Numbered from the stretch's first letter, positions 42,094 through 52,261 are shown. The stretch: DNA of 64,000 nt from Tolypothrix carrinoi HA7290-LM1 (GCA_019358935.1 JAHHIK010000025.1:1-64000), one strand, 5' to 3'. The notes: generated by a model from the letters alone, not told the origin. Made by a program: numbers and translations.

Positions 42094-42987
42094 ATGCTTT
42101 TGCGCCGTTTTCTGCTATTACAGATAGTGCTAATTCTGCTACTTACGGTAGGATGTAGTTTAGAACAAGAAACTTTCATTCCCAAAAAACTGACCATTGG
42201 CGTGGTCAGCTATGAACAAGGAACGGTTTCTCTAGATAAGTACAATCGCTTCAAAGAGTACATAGCACAACAAACTCATTCACTTGTAGAGCTAGAACCT
42301 ACATACAACGAATTGCAGGCAATTGAGCAAATTCAACGCAAACAGTGGGATATTGTATTTGCCCCTCCCGGTTTAGTAGCGATCGCAATCAACAAAGAAC
42401 TTTACATTCCTTTATTTTCAATGGGGGGAGTCAGTAGCCGACAACGTTCCTTACTCGTAGTCTTAGATAATAAACCAATTAAAAAGATAGCCGACTTAGC
42501 TTATAAGACCATTGCCTTAGGACAAAAAGGTTCCGCAGCTGGTTACTACGTTCCTTTGTATGACCTTTATGGTTTAACCCTCGCGCAAATCCGTTTTGCC
42601 CCTACTCCGAAAACAATATTACAATGGCTTAGTGAAGACAGCGTTGATGCTGGTGCTTTATCAGAAATGGATTTCGAGCTTTATCGCCGTGAATTTCCCA
42701 CAATAAAATTTAGAATTTTACACACAAGTAGGTGGATTCCTTCAGGTGTTGTGCTGTTAGGATCAACTGTAGAACGTAATTTACAACACCAAATTCAAAA
42801 AGCGATGAGTGAAGCACCAGCAGATATTACAGCAGATGCTGGTTATGTTCCTACTGCTAAAATACCTAACTACCAGCAGTTCATTAAATTAGTTGAAAAA
42901 GTTATACCACTCGAAGAGCGAGTCAAGCAAACACCCGCAGTTCTACGTCTTGAAGAACAATCTGAAAAATCAAAGGTTAGTCAGTAA
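42094..42987 (+). CDS. PhnD/PtxB-like periplasmic substrate-binding lipoprotein, no adjacent permease
   Basis: Lipobox LTVGC, WDIVFAPPG, GSAAGYYVPLYDL. Confidence 0.85.
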   Translation: MLLRRFLLLQIVLILLLTVGCSLEQETFIPKKLTIGVVSYEQGTVSLDKYNRFKEYIAQQTHSLVELEPTYNELQAIEQIQRKQWDIVFAPPGLVAIAINKELYIPLFSMGGVSSRQRSLLVVLDNKPIKKIADLAYKTIALGQKGSAAGYYVPLYDLYGLTLAQIRFAPTPKTILQWLSEDSVDAGALSEMDFELYRREFPTIKFRILHTSRWIPSGVVLLGSTVERNLQHQIQKAMSEAPADITADAGYVPTAKIPNYQQFIKLVEKVIPLEERVKQTPAVLRLEEQSEKSKVSQ

Positions 42988-43199
42988 TCAAGTCAACTAA
43001 TTGAGCGTCATAAAAATTAACAATTTATTTGCATTTTTTCTCAAAATTATTTTGATAAATATTTAGTAGGAAGATATGAATAAACAACTTTATGTCAATA
43101 AAAATTAATATATTTAAATAGTCTTTCCTTTTGCCTTACTTCAACGGGTCGCACCCTTTCCGCGCATCGACAAAGAGCGCACTTAGGAACGGTTTTCTC

Positions 43200-43401
43200 T
43201 CTGGGGACTGGGGACTGGGGAAGAAATTATGAGTAAGATTTGGTTGGGGTAACGAACATGACCCAACGGGAGAGCCAGTCCCCCATCGATCGCTCGCTTA
43301 CCGCCTTCTGGTGCGTCGGCTTCCGCCAACGCTTTTAGCGTCTCCCCGAACCCTTGAAGACGGGGGCTGGTCTCACCGCGCTGGACTCACCAATCCCCAG
43401 T
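43200..43401. repeat. STRR heptamers (CTGGGGA) and nested structured dispersed repeats
   Basis: GAGCCAGTCCCCC...GGGGGCTGGTCTC inverted ends around further hairpins. Confidence 0.6.
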
Positions 43402-43459
43402 TCAACAACAAATATTTATATATATCTATTTTCCCAAAAATCGCTAGGAGTGTGATGAG

Positions 43460-44761
43460 ATGACATCTCCTTTAACAAAACCAGAAATAAGTTCTGGAAC
43501 TTTAATTGATAACCGCTATACGATCCAAAAACTTCTTGGACAAGGGGGATTAGGGCGAACGTACTTAGCGTTTGATACTCGTCGCTTTAACGAACCTTGT
43601 GTGCTGAAAGAATTTGCACCCATTGGTACAGGAGAGAGTGGGCTAGAAAAATGTCGCGATTTATTCAAAAAAGAGGCAAAAATTCTTCATCAGCTACAAC
43701 ACCCTCAAATTCCTAAATTCTTGGCTTGTTTTGAAGGAGATGGGCGGCTGTTTTTGGTACAAGAATATATTGATGGTCAAACATATTCAAACCTGCTGCA
43801 AAAACTTCAACAACAGGGACAAAATTTTTCCCAATCCGAGGTTATAAACTGGTTAAAAAACCTATTGCTTGTTTTGGAATATATTCACGAACATAACATT
43901 ATCCATCGAGATATTTCTCCTGACAACGTTATGTTACCTGACAACAAAAATCTGCCAGTGCTGATTGATTTCGGCGTAGGAAAGCAAATTGCTGCGGAAC
44001 TGAACGATACTAGAAATTCAGACCAGGCGACCTTTGTTGGTAAAATGTCTCTTGTAGGAAAAGTCGGATATGCTCCCCGCGAACAAATTAGCTTGGGGTT
44101 GTGTTCTCCCAGTAGCGACCTTTATGCTTTGGGAGTAACAGCTGTTGTACTGCTAACAGGTCGAGATCCATCTCTACTAATGGATCGGTATTCTCTAGAA
44201 TGGAAATGGCGTCTCTACAGCCACGTCAGCGATGCTTTTGCTCAAGTACTTGATAAGATGTTGGCAGATACGCCTCAGAAGCGATACCAAACAGCAAAGG
44301 AAGTTCTCACCGATTTGCAGTGTTTGGAACCTGAAGAGTTACAAGGAACAATGAATAATTTACCTTCTGCGGAATTTGTTACTGAACTTTACTCTTCTGA
44401 GTTAAAAACCCCAGATACCGTCAGCCAATTAGAAGTAAATTTTGATATGCCTAAACTTCACTCTTCTGAGTTAAAAACCCCGGATACCATCGACCAATCA
44501 GCAGTAAATTTTGATAGTTTGCTTATTACTCCAAAAAATTCCCAAACTCAACCAGTAAATTCATTCAAACATGGATTCATTATGCGTTGTCAGGAACAGC
44601 TAGCTTACCACATCGGACCAATAGCAAGTTTGATTATAGAAGAGACATTAGCTGAAAATCCTGACATTTTGCCCGATGAATTTGTTAAATTGTTGGCTAG
44701 AGAAATTCCTGATTTGCAAGTAGCATTTGAATTTAAACAATCCTTTTTTTTGGATTATTAA
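43460..44761 (+). CDS. Ser/Thr protein kinase with small C-terminal helical domain
   Basis: GQGGLG, HRDISPDN, DFG, GYAPREQ; 23-aa tandem duplication in linker; LAYHIGPIASLII domain. Confidence 0.93.
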   Translation: MTSPLTKPEISSGTLIDNRYTIQKLLGQGGLGRTYLAFDTRRFNEPCVLKEFAPIGTGESGLEKCRDLFKKEAKILHQLQHPQIPKFLACFEGDGRLFLVQEYIDGQTYSNLLQKLQQQGQNFSQSEVINWLKNLLLVLEYIHEHNIIHRDISPDNVMLPDNKNLPVLIDFGVGKQIAAELNDTRNSDQATFVGKMSLVGKVGYAPREQISLGLCSPSSDLYALGVTAVVLLTGRDPSLLMDRYSLEWKWRLYSHVSDAFAQVLDKMLADTPQKRYQTAKEVLTDLQCLEPEELQGTMNNLPSAEFVTELYSSELKTPDTVSQLEVNFDMPKLHSSELKTPDTIDQSAVNFDSLLITPKNSQTQPVNSFKHGFIMRCQEQLAYHIGPIASLIIEETLAENPDILPDEFVKLLAREIPDLQVAFEFKQSFFLDY

Positions 44762-44819
44762 TAATCAATTCCCAAAGAGCTAATACACTACAATTCAGAA
44801 ATTATTTCGAGTTGCTATA

Positions 44820-45728
44820 TTAACTACCTGTATTTTCCGAACGACGTTTAATTCTTTTCATTGCCATTTCCAAACTTAACTGCATCCGTCTGAATGCTCT
44901 GGCAAGTTGACCGATTTCATCATTAGATAATTGCTCAAATTCTACATCCATATGCCCCGTACTGACTTCTTCCGCTACGCGAGTTATCCGTTTGAGAGGA
45001 CGAACAACTTTTTTATTCAAAAAGAGGTTGACTAAAAAGATAACAGCAATAAAAACAGTTGATATAATTACGAGAATGACAAAAGAAGATTGATTAGCTT
45101 TGCTAATTACTTTACTTGCTGGTATTGAGATAATTTGAGAGCCAATAATTTCATTCAGATGCCAGCCAAATCCATTAGCTGTGCCATAACGCTCAATCAT
45201 ACTTTTAGGTGCAATATCCGCGCTAGTATGACACTTGAGGCAGCTTTCTTCAGTAATCGTCAGCGGACGAGCCATATAGAAGATATCCCCACCTGGCATT
45301 GAGCGAAATCCGCTTAATTGTTTGAGATCGCGTTTATTTTTGAAATTGTTTATAATTTTAGTTTCAAAATTATCAGCTTTATCTCGAAGATTAGTGGGAT
45401 TAAGCGTGGCTTCTTTATAGAAAAAGTCCCTGTACTTCGGATTTATTCGCAGATGATCAAAAATTTCTCGTGCAGAGTACGCAGGCACACTTTGCGGCAA
45501 AAACTCTATTTCTAGTTGATTTTCCAAAAGTGGCTTAACTTGAGTATTAGTGTACTCACGTACAGAAGTCATCGTTTCCATAAGCATGAGAGCGGTTGAA
45601 GTAATATCATGCCTCGCATTCTGCTTCAGCACAGAAGACAGAGCAAATCCACTTAAACTCAGACCTAATGCAAGAATTACAATAAGCAGAACTGTAAATT
45701 GTTGTTTCAAATTGAGATTTTTTAACAT
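44820..45728 (-). CDS. DUF3365 (Tll0287-like) heme-c domain + HAMP membrane protein, no output domain
   Basis: Two TMs, YKEATLNPTNLRD, CLKCH, HAMP DEIGQLARAF. Confidence 0.9.
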   Translation of the reverse strand: MLKNLNLKQQFTVLLIVILALGLSLSGFALSSVLKQNARHDITSTALMLMETMTSVREYTNTQVKPLLENQLEIEFLPQSVPAYSAREIFDHLRINPKYRDFFYKEATLNPTNLRDKADNFETKIINNFKNKRDLKQLSGFRSMPGGDIFYMARPLTITEESCLKCHTSADIAPKSMIERYGTANGFGWHLNEIIGSQIISIPASKVISKANQSSFVILVIISTVFIAVIFLVNLFLNKKVVRPLKRITRVAEEVSTGHMDVEFEQLSNDEIGQLARAFRRMQLSLEMAMKRIKRRSENTGS

Positions 45729-46072
45729 GATTCTGGCTCACTTGCAATTTAAATTTCTCTTACCAAAGGTGGTTGAAGTTACAGTCCGTTACATCTTACT
45801 TTTGTAGTAATTTATGTAGCTACAAAAGCGAAATGCAGGATTCCGGACTATGCCTCGATAAGTCGCTAACTAAGATTGGGGGAAAAGTTAATATAATTTA
45901 AGATTTTGGATGTGTGGATTTTCCACTCTAAAATCCTTATCTTCAAAGAGATTGAATAATTTAAGTATTGTAAGCCGAAAGTGAAATGGTATCAAAAAAG
46001 TGAAAAATTATCTACCCTTCTACCCTACGATATATTGCAAAAATAAATAGCAGCATTTGGTAATTGTTAACA

Positions 46073-47881
46073 ATGGTGTGGAAACCGGGGCAGCCTTTAT
46101 TTGGAGGGCGCTACATTATCGAAAGCAAACTAGGCGAAGGTGGAATTGGCATTACCTATCTTGCCAGAAACCAACGGAATGAACTACGAGTAATTAAAAC
46201 CCTCAAAGAAGAAATTCTTAATCACCCGGTTTGGAAACAGCACCGCGATAAATTACGGCAAGACTTTCGCGATGAAGCTGTTCGCCTAGCTGTGTGTCGC
46301 CATCCTCATATAGTGGAGGTGGAAACTATCTTCGATGAGGGCAAATTTCCTTGCATGGTAATGGAGTATATCAAAGGAGAAGATTTAGGCAAGCGTTTGG
46401 GGCGGATGAGGTTGTTATCAGAAGCAGAAGCCGTACTATATATTCGACAAATTGGTGATGCGTTGACGGTAATTCATAATAAAGGCTTGCTGCATCGTGA
46501 CCTCAAGCCGCGTAACATTATGCTTCGTTCTGGCAAATCAGAAGCAGTGTTGATTGACTTTGGTATTGCTAGAGATTTTATCCCTAATGTTGTCCAAAAA
46601 CATACAGTGTATCGCACTCCTGGTTTTGCCCCTCCAGAACAGTATGATTTAGTTGCACCACGGGGAGAATTTATTGATATCTACGCCCTCGCCGCCACTT
46701 TATATAACTTATTAACCGGAGTTGTGCCCACGAGTGCAGAAGACAGATGCAACAATATTCCCCTGCAACCACCGCAACGCTTCAATTCTAATATTAGTGA
46801 CAGAGTAAATCAGGCAATTATGCAGGGTATGGATTTGCAGGCAAATTATCGCCCCCAATCCGTGCAGGAGTGGTTGAATTTATTGGCTGCTGATGTTGGA
46901 GAAGATGTACCATCAACACTTAAGAGCCAACCGATCGCACCTAATCCACAAATCCCAAAACCTGCTGTAGTAGCTTCACTAGAGTGGCAATGCGTACATA
47001 CCCTCAAAGGTCATACCAGTATGGTTCAGGCGATCGCTATTAGTCCTGATGGGCAACTAATTGCCAGTGGTAGTAATGACAATAATATCAAGCTATGGCA
47101 ACTAACAACCGGCAAACTATTACGTAACTTCAATCGTTGGTTTTCCGGTCATTCCAGCATGGTTGATTCCCTCGCCTTTAGCCCAGACGGAAAGCTTCTT
47201 GCCAGCGGCAGTTGGGATGACACTATTAAATTATGGCAAGTAAATACAGGCAAACAAATCTCTACTTTCACAGGTCATTCTAACTGGGTTAATTCCGTCG
47301 CCTTTAGTCCAGAGGGACAGATGCTTGCAAGTGGTAGTGCTGACAACAGCATTAAATTATGGCAAATAAAGACAGGCAGACAAATCTCTACTCTCACAGG
47401 TCATTTGGACTTAGTTGGGTCAGTCGCCTTTAGCCAAGATGGAGAAATTCTCGCAAGTGGCAGTGCTGACTGCACTGTTAAACTTTGGCAAGTACACACA
47501 GCTAGAGAAATTTCCACTTTTACAAGTCATTCTTTCTACGTTAACTCTGTCGCCTTTAGTCCAGATGGACAATTGCTTGCTAGTGGTAGTGCTGACAACA
47601 CAATCAAATTCTGGCAAGTAAGTACAGGTAAAGAACTTCGCACTCTCACTGGGCATTTGGACTCAGTTTGGTCAGTCGCCTTTAGTCCAGATGGGCAACT
47701 TCTTGCTAGTGGTAGTTGGGACAAAACTATCAAAATTTGGCACGCAAGCACAACAGCTAAAGAAATCTGCACTCTCACTGGTCATCTCAACTATGTCAGA
47801 ACCGTTGCCTTCAGTCCCGATGGGCGAACCCTAGTTAGCGGTAGTGATGACGACACCATCAAGATTTGGCGACGAAAATAA
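46073..47881 (+). CDS. Ser/Thr protein kinase with 7 WD40 repeats
   Basis: GEGGIG, HRDLKPRN, DFG, GFAPPEQ; repeated GH...VAFSPDG..LASGS.D.TIKLW. Confidence 0.95.
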   Translation: MVWKPGQPLFGGRYIIESKLGEGGIGITYLARNQRNELRVIKTLKEEILNHPVWKQHRDKLRQDFRDEAVRLAVCRHPHIVEVETIFDEGKFPCMVMEYIKGEDLGKRLGRMRLLSEAEAVLYIRQIGDALTVIHNKGLLHRDLKPRNIMLRSGKSEAVLIDFGIARDFIPNVVQKHTVYRTPGFAPPEQYDLVAPRGEFIDIYALAATLYNLLTGVVPTSAEDRCNNIPLQPPQRFNSNISDRVNQAIMQGMDLQANYRPQSVQEWLNLLAADVGEDVPSTLKSQPIAPNPQIPKPAVVASLEWQCVHTLKGHTSMVQAIAISPDGQLIASGSNDNNIKLWQLTTGKLLRNFNRWFSGHSSMVDSLAFSPDGKLLASGSWDDTIKLWQVNTGKQISTFTGHSNWVNSVAFSPEGQMLASGSADNSIKLWQIKTGRQISTLTGHLDLVGSVAFSQDGEILASGSADCTVKLWQVHTAREISTFTSHSFYVNSVAFSPDGQLLASGSADNTIKFWQVSTGKELRTLTGHLDSVWSVAFSPDGQLLASGSWDKTIKIWHASTTAKEICTLTGHLNYVRTVAFSPDGRTLVSGSDDDTIKIWRRK

Positions 47882-47926
47882 TATTGACACACAGATTTGA
47901 CACTCTCCCGATTATTCTGACAAATT

Positions 47927-48004
47927 TTTTAAACCTTCAGGTAGACTCGGCATTTACAAAATATTGTCACAATAATGACGACAACGCTTATTTTTGCAGT
48001 CAAT
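47927..48004 (+). repeat. 78-bp diverged copy of 48738-48815 (upstream region of the SDH gene)
   Basis: About 7 mismatches in 78 nt. Confidence 0.9.
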
Positions 48005-48193
48005 AGATTTGGGAGTAGCGATCGCGCTTTGTAGCCAGTTTTCGCGATCGCTACGAAGTGGGTTTAGGGGGACAAGTGCGTTCAGTTTCACAAATGGAAC
48101 TGCGTTTGAAAGAAGCTGCTAAATTAAGGTTTAAAAGAGCGATCGTTGCCAAAGGGCAAAAATTTCCCGATCTTGATATTGAGATTTTACCAG
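48004..48193 (+). pseudogene. radA: Diverged duplicate of the radA 3' region
   Basis: Matches 41313-41528 (EVGLGGQVRSVSQMELRLKEAAKL...EILP) with a deletion next to a HIP1 site. Confidence 0.9.
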
Positions 48194-48305
48194 CGGCTGG
48201 CAAATCGGAGGCTGTGCTGATTGACCGCAGTAGGGTGCGTTATGCTAACGCACCCTACGCGGCTGATGGGGAGATGATAGTATTCAAAATATAGGAGATA
48301 GGAAA

Positions 48306-48458
48306 ATGCTAGAAATTAACAAAAATTATCTAATGGATGAAAATCAGCAACCTATCGCGGTACAAATTCCAATTGCTGAGTTTGAAAAAATTGAAGAAAT
48401 CCTGGAAAACTACGGTTTGGTACAGTTAATGCAAGAAGCAGAAGGTAAGGGAAAATAA
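48306..48458 (+). pseudogene. Truncated antitoxin-like small protein
   Basis: MLEINKNYLMDENQQPIAVQIPIAEFEKIEEILENYGLVQLMQEAEGKGK*; GGA(G) RBS-like sequence upstream; ends by running into a HicA fragment. Confidence 0.55.
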
Positions 48459-48585
48459 TGATGGAACACGAACTCCATTAACAATGCCTAACCACTCCCA
48501 AATTAAAGGTTCGACGTTGAGATCCATTTGTACTCAGGCAGGTATCTCGCGAGAATAATTTTTAGCAGCTTATGAGCAAAGTTGA
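48445..48585 (+). pseudogene. hicA: HicA toxin C-terminal fragment with internal stop
   Basis: VRENNDGTRTPLTMPNHSQIKGSTLRSICTQAGISRE*FLAAYEQS*. Confidence 0.7.
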
Positions 48586-48906
48586 ACAAACGTATCAAAT
48601 ATTGCCATCGCACTCTAAAATTACTTGCATTCTTCAGCAGATATTTTCGGATATCTTGATGGTCAACTAATTGCCAGTATTAAAAATCACAATTATTCTA
48701 AATAATTTTTGACTTTGGGCGATCGCCCTCCAACAGCTTTTAACCCTTCAGATAGACTCGCGATTTGCAAAATATTGTCAGAATAATGACGACAACGCCT
48801 ATTTTTGCAGTCAATCCTTAGCTGACACGTTTTTACTTGCATAAAGTAAGCAGCTGGAATGTCTGCCAAGATTGTGCTGTAAATTTTGAAATTGAAAATT
48901 TGAATT

Positions 48907-49800
48907 ATGGGCTTTGGTATCGGAGATTTATTCTGGATTTTCCTGCTTTTGTCTTCCCTGCAACCTATCTGGCAAAGACGTCAGATTGAATATCGTCGCG
49001 TGAGTTCTCTACAACAATTCCAGCAAGAACGCAAAAGCCGAGTGATATTGCTGATTCACCGTCAAGAGTCTATCAGCTTATTGGGAATTCCTATTTCGCG
49101 CTACATTACCATCGAAGACTCAGAACAGATACTGCGGGCAATTCGTCTCACCCCCCCAGATGTCCCCATTGACTTAATTTTGCACACTCCAGGCGGTTTG
49201 GTTTTAGCAACCGAACAAATCGCTAGAGCCTTAATTCGTCATCCGGCAAAAGTAACTGTTTTTGTACCTCATTATGCCATGAGTGGCGGTACAATGCTTG
49301 CTCTGGCTGCTGATGAAATCGTTATGGATGCTAACGCTGTCTTGGGACCAGTCGATCCGCAATTAGGTAACTTTCCGGCTGCGAGTATCATCAAAGTTGT
49401 GGAAGATAAACCCATCGGTGAAATTGACGACCAAACCCTGATTATGGCGGATTTGTCACGCAAAGCAATCCAGCAAGTGCAGCGATTTGTCAGGACTCTA
49501 CTGAAAGACAATATTCCCACACAGAAAGTTCAGCCAGAAAATATCGAATCTATCATTGATGCCTTGACTACTGGGCGCGTTACCCACGACTATCCGATCA
49601 CAGTTGAGGAAGCTACAGAAATGGGGCTGCCCATAACAGTCGGACTGCCCCGCTCAATTTACGATCTCATGGATATGTATCCGCAACCACAAGGCGGACG
49701 CCCCAGCGTGCAATACATACCCATGCCTTACAGCGATCGCCGCCCAATTCTACCCGTGCCTAAAGGCAGACCCTTAGAAGAACCCACTCAGATGAAATGA
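48907..49800 (+). CDS. SDH family Clp-fold serine proteinase
   Basis: LILHTPGG, AMSGGTMLALAADEI, LGPVDPQ, THDYPI. Confidence 0.9.
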   Translation: MGFGIGDLFWIFLLLSSLQPIWQRRQIEYRRVSSLQQFQQERKSRVILLIHRQESISLLGIPISRYITIEDSEQILRAIRLTPPDVPIDLILHTPGGLVLATEQIARALIRHPAKVTVFVPHYAMSGGTMLALAADEIVMDANAVLGPVDPQLGNFPAASIIKVVEDKPIGEIDDQTLIMADLSRKAIQQVQRFVRTLLKDNIPTQKVQPENIESIIDALTTGRVTHDYPITVEEATEMGLPITVGLPRSIYDLMDMYPQPQGGRPSVQYIPMPYSDRRPILPVPKGRPLEEPTQMK

Positions 49801-49830
49801 GCTAATAATGTCATCATTTTTTGCTTGTAC

Positions 49831-50538
49831 CTAAGGTGTTGGTGAAGCTGTTGGTGAAGGCACCACCTCAGGTAAAGTTGTCGGTGTCGCCGTTGGTGTC
49901 GCCGTTGGTGTCGCCGTTGGTGTCGCCGTTGGTATTGGCGTAGTTCTTGTTCTTGGTCTGGTTGTCGGTCTGGTTGTCGGTCTGGTTGTCGGTCTGGTTG
50001 TCGGTGTCGCTGTTGGGGTTGGTGAAGATGTCGGCGCAGGACTTGGCTGAGTACTCGGCTGACCTCCGCTTGTCTTTGCTTCTTCGTTCAATCTCTGGCG
50101 AAATGCTAGATCGGCAATTCCAGTTTCTTGTAACTGAAATCTTTTTTGAGCTTCTTTAACCGCTGCTTCCGTCTGCGAACCATAAAACTGATCGCGGGGT
50201 AGAGGATTTTTAGGCTTCAATACTGCATTCAAATTTGCCTGTAAAATTTGAATTATATTCGCGGCAAAATCTTGAGTTTTTGGTCCTGCTATGCCATCAG
50301 CAGGTGTTAATTTGTACCCTGTTTGAAATTCACGAATTGCTTTTTTAGTTTTTGCATCCGTTAAGGGTGTATTTGTTAAGTCAACGCTATAGCCCAATCC
50401 CCGCAATACTGCACGGAATTGTTGTGGGCTATAATTACGTTGGCGAGCAGCACTAGCTGTATTTGAAATTACTACACTAGCTGTTATCAGGCAGACAACA
50501 GCAACAGGAATGCTTGATTTTCCAAACCCACACCACAT
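49831..50538 (-). CDS. Peptidoglycan-binding domain protein with Pro/Thr-rich tail
   Basis: TKKAIREFQ...DGIAGPKT and FYGSQTEAAVK...TGIAD; PTTR/PTAT repeats. Confidence 0.9.
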   Translation of the reverse strand: MWCGFGKSSIPVAVVCLITASVVISNTASAARQRNYSPQQFRAVLRGLGYSVDLTNTPLTDAKTKKAIREFQTGYKLTPADGIAGPKTQDFAANIIQILQANLNAVLKPKNPLPRDQFYGSQTEAAVKEAQKRFQLQETGIADLAFRQRLNEEAKTSGGQPSTQPSPAPTSSPTPTATPTTRPTTRPTTRPTTRPRTRTTPIPTATPTATPTATPTATPTTLPEVVPSPTASPTP

Positions 50539-50794
50539 GGTTGAAACTCCTTTTGATTAAATCAGCTATATATTCGGGTCAATAGCTGATCTTTAGTTTA
50601 TTTAACCTCATTATTAATTATTTTTGATTAAATTAAGTTATATCTAAATAAAATTAGGTGGATACTATAAATAAATTTTTGTCATCTTTCTGTAGACGGA
50701 TTTTAAATTACAAGTGGATATATACTGAAAACAGCATAAACCACATAAATTAGAGATGTCATAAGGAACATTTCTAAAATCCACTTATCAGCGA

Positions 50795-52255
50795 ATGGCT
50801 CAAATAAACTCGGACAAGCGGCGAAACCTATGGTTTGAGCGCTTAATGGCAATTATTGCTACAGTAAATTTATGCATTTGTTTGTTTGATTTAAGTTATA
50901 TTCCTTGGCGGGATTTCTACTTGCGAAAAGTTCCCCAAATTACCAACGTTTATGACAAAGTAAAAGGTATTGAACCGCATCGAGAAACAGAAAACTATCT
51001 AGCAAATGTCAAGTTACTAGAAGAACAGGTAAGCCAAACAGGGTTAAAATCCTCAGAAAGTGCAACCCAACTTGAAGAATTGCGCCGTCTTAGCACTGAG
51101 ATGATTGACGGTAATCCTTTTGCGGCAGTAAATAAGGGTGGGACGCTGGAAAAAATCAAAAATAGAATGCGCGATCGCACATCTGTAAAATCTGCGAAAC
51201 GAGCGTTTGACACTTTTTGGAGTCAAGCTTATTTAACTGAAAATGGGTGGAATCAAGAAATTGCTTTTTTCAACCAGAAAATTCAACCTTTAATCGCTAC
51301 AGACTACTACCGCACAATTGGCGAAAACGGTGAATTTACTGATAATTTTTGGCGAATAGATTTACCCTTTGTTATTTTATTTGCTTTAGAGTTACTGACG
51401 CGGACTTTTTACATCAGACGGCGCAATCCAAGTTTTAGCTGGTTAGATGCAGTTTTGTGGCGCTGGTATGATTTATTTTTGCTGCTTCCATTTTGGCGAT
51501 GGTTGCGAATAATACCTGTATTAGTTCGCCTCGATAAAGCGCATTTATTGAATCTGCAACCAGTAAGAAAGCAAATTAATCAAGGAGTTGTCGCCAATTT
51601 TGCCGAAGAACTCACAGAAATTGTCATAGTCAGGCTAATTAACCAGATTCAAGGATCGATAAAGCAGGGAGAGTTAACGCGCTGGCTATTGCAAAAAGAG
51701 AATCACTCTGAATATGTAGATATTAATAATATTAATGAAGTGGAAGCGATCGCAGGTATCTTTATCAAAGCGATCGTTTATCAAGTGCTACCCAAAATTC
51801 AACCAGAGATAGTTGCCATATTGCATCACAATATAGATGGTGCCTTCAATCAATCCCCCATCTATCGCAACCTGCACAACCTCCCCGGAGTAGCACAGAT
51901 GCAGGCTCAACTGAGCGAACAATTATCAACTCAAATCGCCACAAACCTTTACAACGCCATAGTTAACGCCGTTGAAGATCCAGTAGCCGCAAAACTTTCG
52001 AGTCAATTACTGGAACGCTTTAGCGAAGCCTTGGGAGTGGAAATGCAGAAAAAACAAGTACTTTCAGAAATTCAAAGCTTAGTGTTTGACTTTTTGGAAG
52101 AAGTCAAAATCAACTACGTCCAACGCTTGTCCCGCGAGGATATAGCGCAAATTATCCAACAAACTCGACAATTGCGATCGCAAGCATCTGTCACCACAGT
52201 AGTCAGTAAAAGCTCTGCTTTACTACAAACCAGGAATAAGGCAAGTGGTGAGTAG
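50795..52255 (+). CDS. Conserved cyanobacterial membrane protein, function unknown
   Basis: 486 aa ORF, LFDLSYIPWRDFY, KGIEPHR, LWRWYDLFLLLPFWRWLR. Confidence 0.85.
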   Translation: MAQINSDKRRNLWFERLMAIIATVNLCICLFDLSYIPWRDFYLRKVPQITNVYDKVKGIEPHRETENYLANVKLLEEQVSQTGLKSSESATQLEELRRLSTEMIDGNPFAAVNKGGTLEKIKNRMRDRTSVKSAKRAFDTFWSQAYLTENGWNQEIAFFNQKIQPLIATDYYRTIGENGEFTDNFWRIDLPFVILFALELLTRTFYIRRRNPSFSWLDAVLWRWYDLFLLLPFWRWLRIIPVLVRLDKAHLLNLQPVRKQINQGVVANFAEELTEIVIVRLINQIQGSIKQGELTRWLLQKENHSEYVDINNINEVEAIAGIFIKAIVYQVLPKIQPEIVAILHHNIDGAFNQSPIYRNLHNLPGVAQMQAQLSEQLSTQIATNLYNAIVNAVEDPVAAKLSSQLLERFSEALGVEMQKKQVLSEIQSLVFDFLEEVKINYVQRLSREDIAQIIQQTRQLRSQASVTTVVSKSSALLQTRNKASGE

Positions 52256-52261
52256 ACGATG

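Noticed and set aside
47897..47919. TTGACACTCTCCCGATTATTCT as an IS605-type right-end remnant on the minus strand
   Set aside because: Too short and lacks the hairpin; suggestive only
41313..48193. Integrase-driven genomic island with att sites in radA
   Set aside because: No integrase in the window; the repeat is long and diverged, and further colinear fragments fit a collapsed duplication better
46530..48225. DGR template/variable repeat pair in the kinase and radA duplicates
   Set aside because: Differences include non-adenine changes and are mostly synonymous; no RT present
48058..48294. 78-aa ORF as a functional gene
   Set aside because: Chimera of radA fragment, kinase fragment and a REP palindrome
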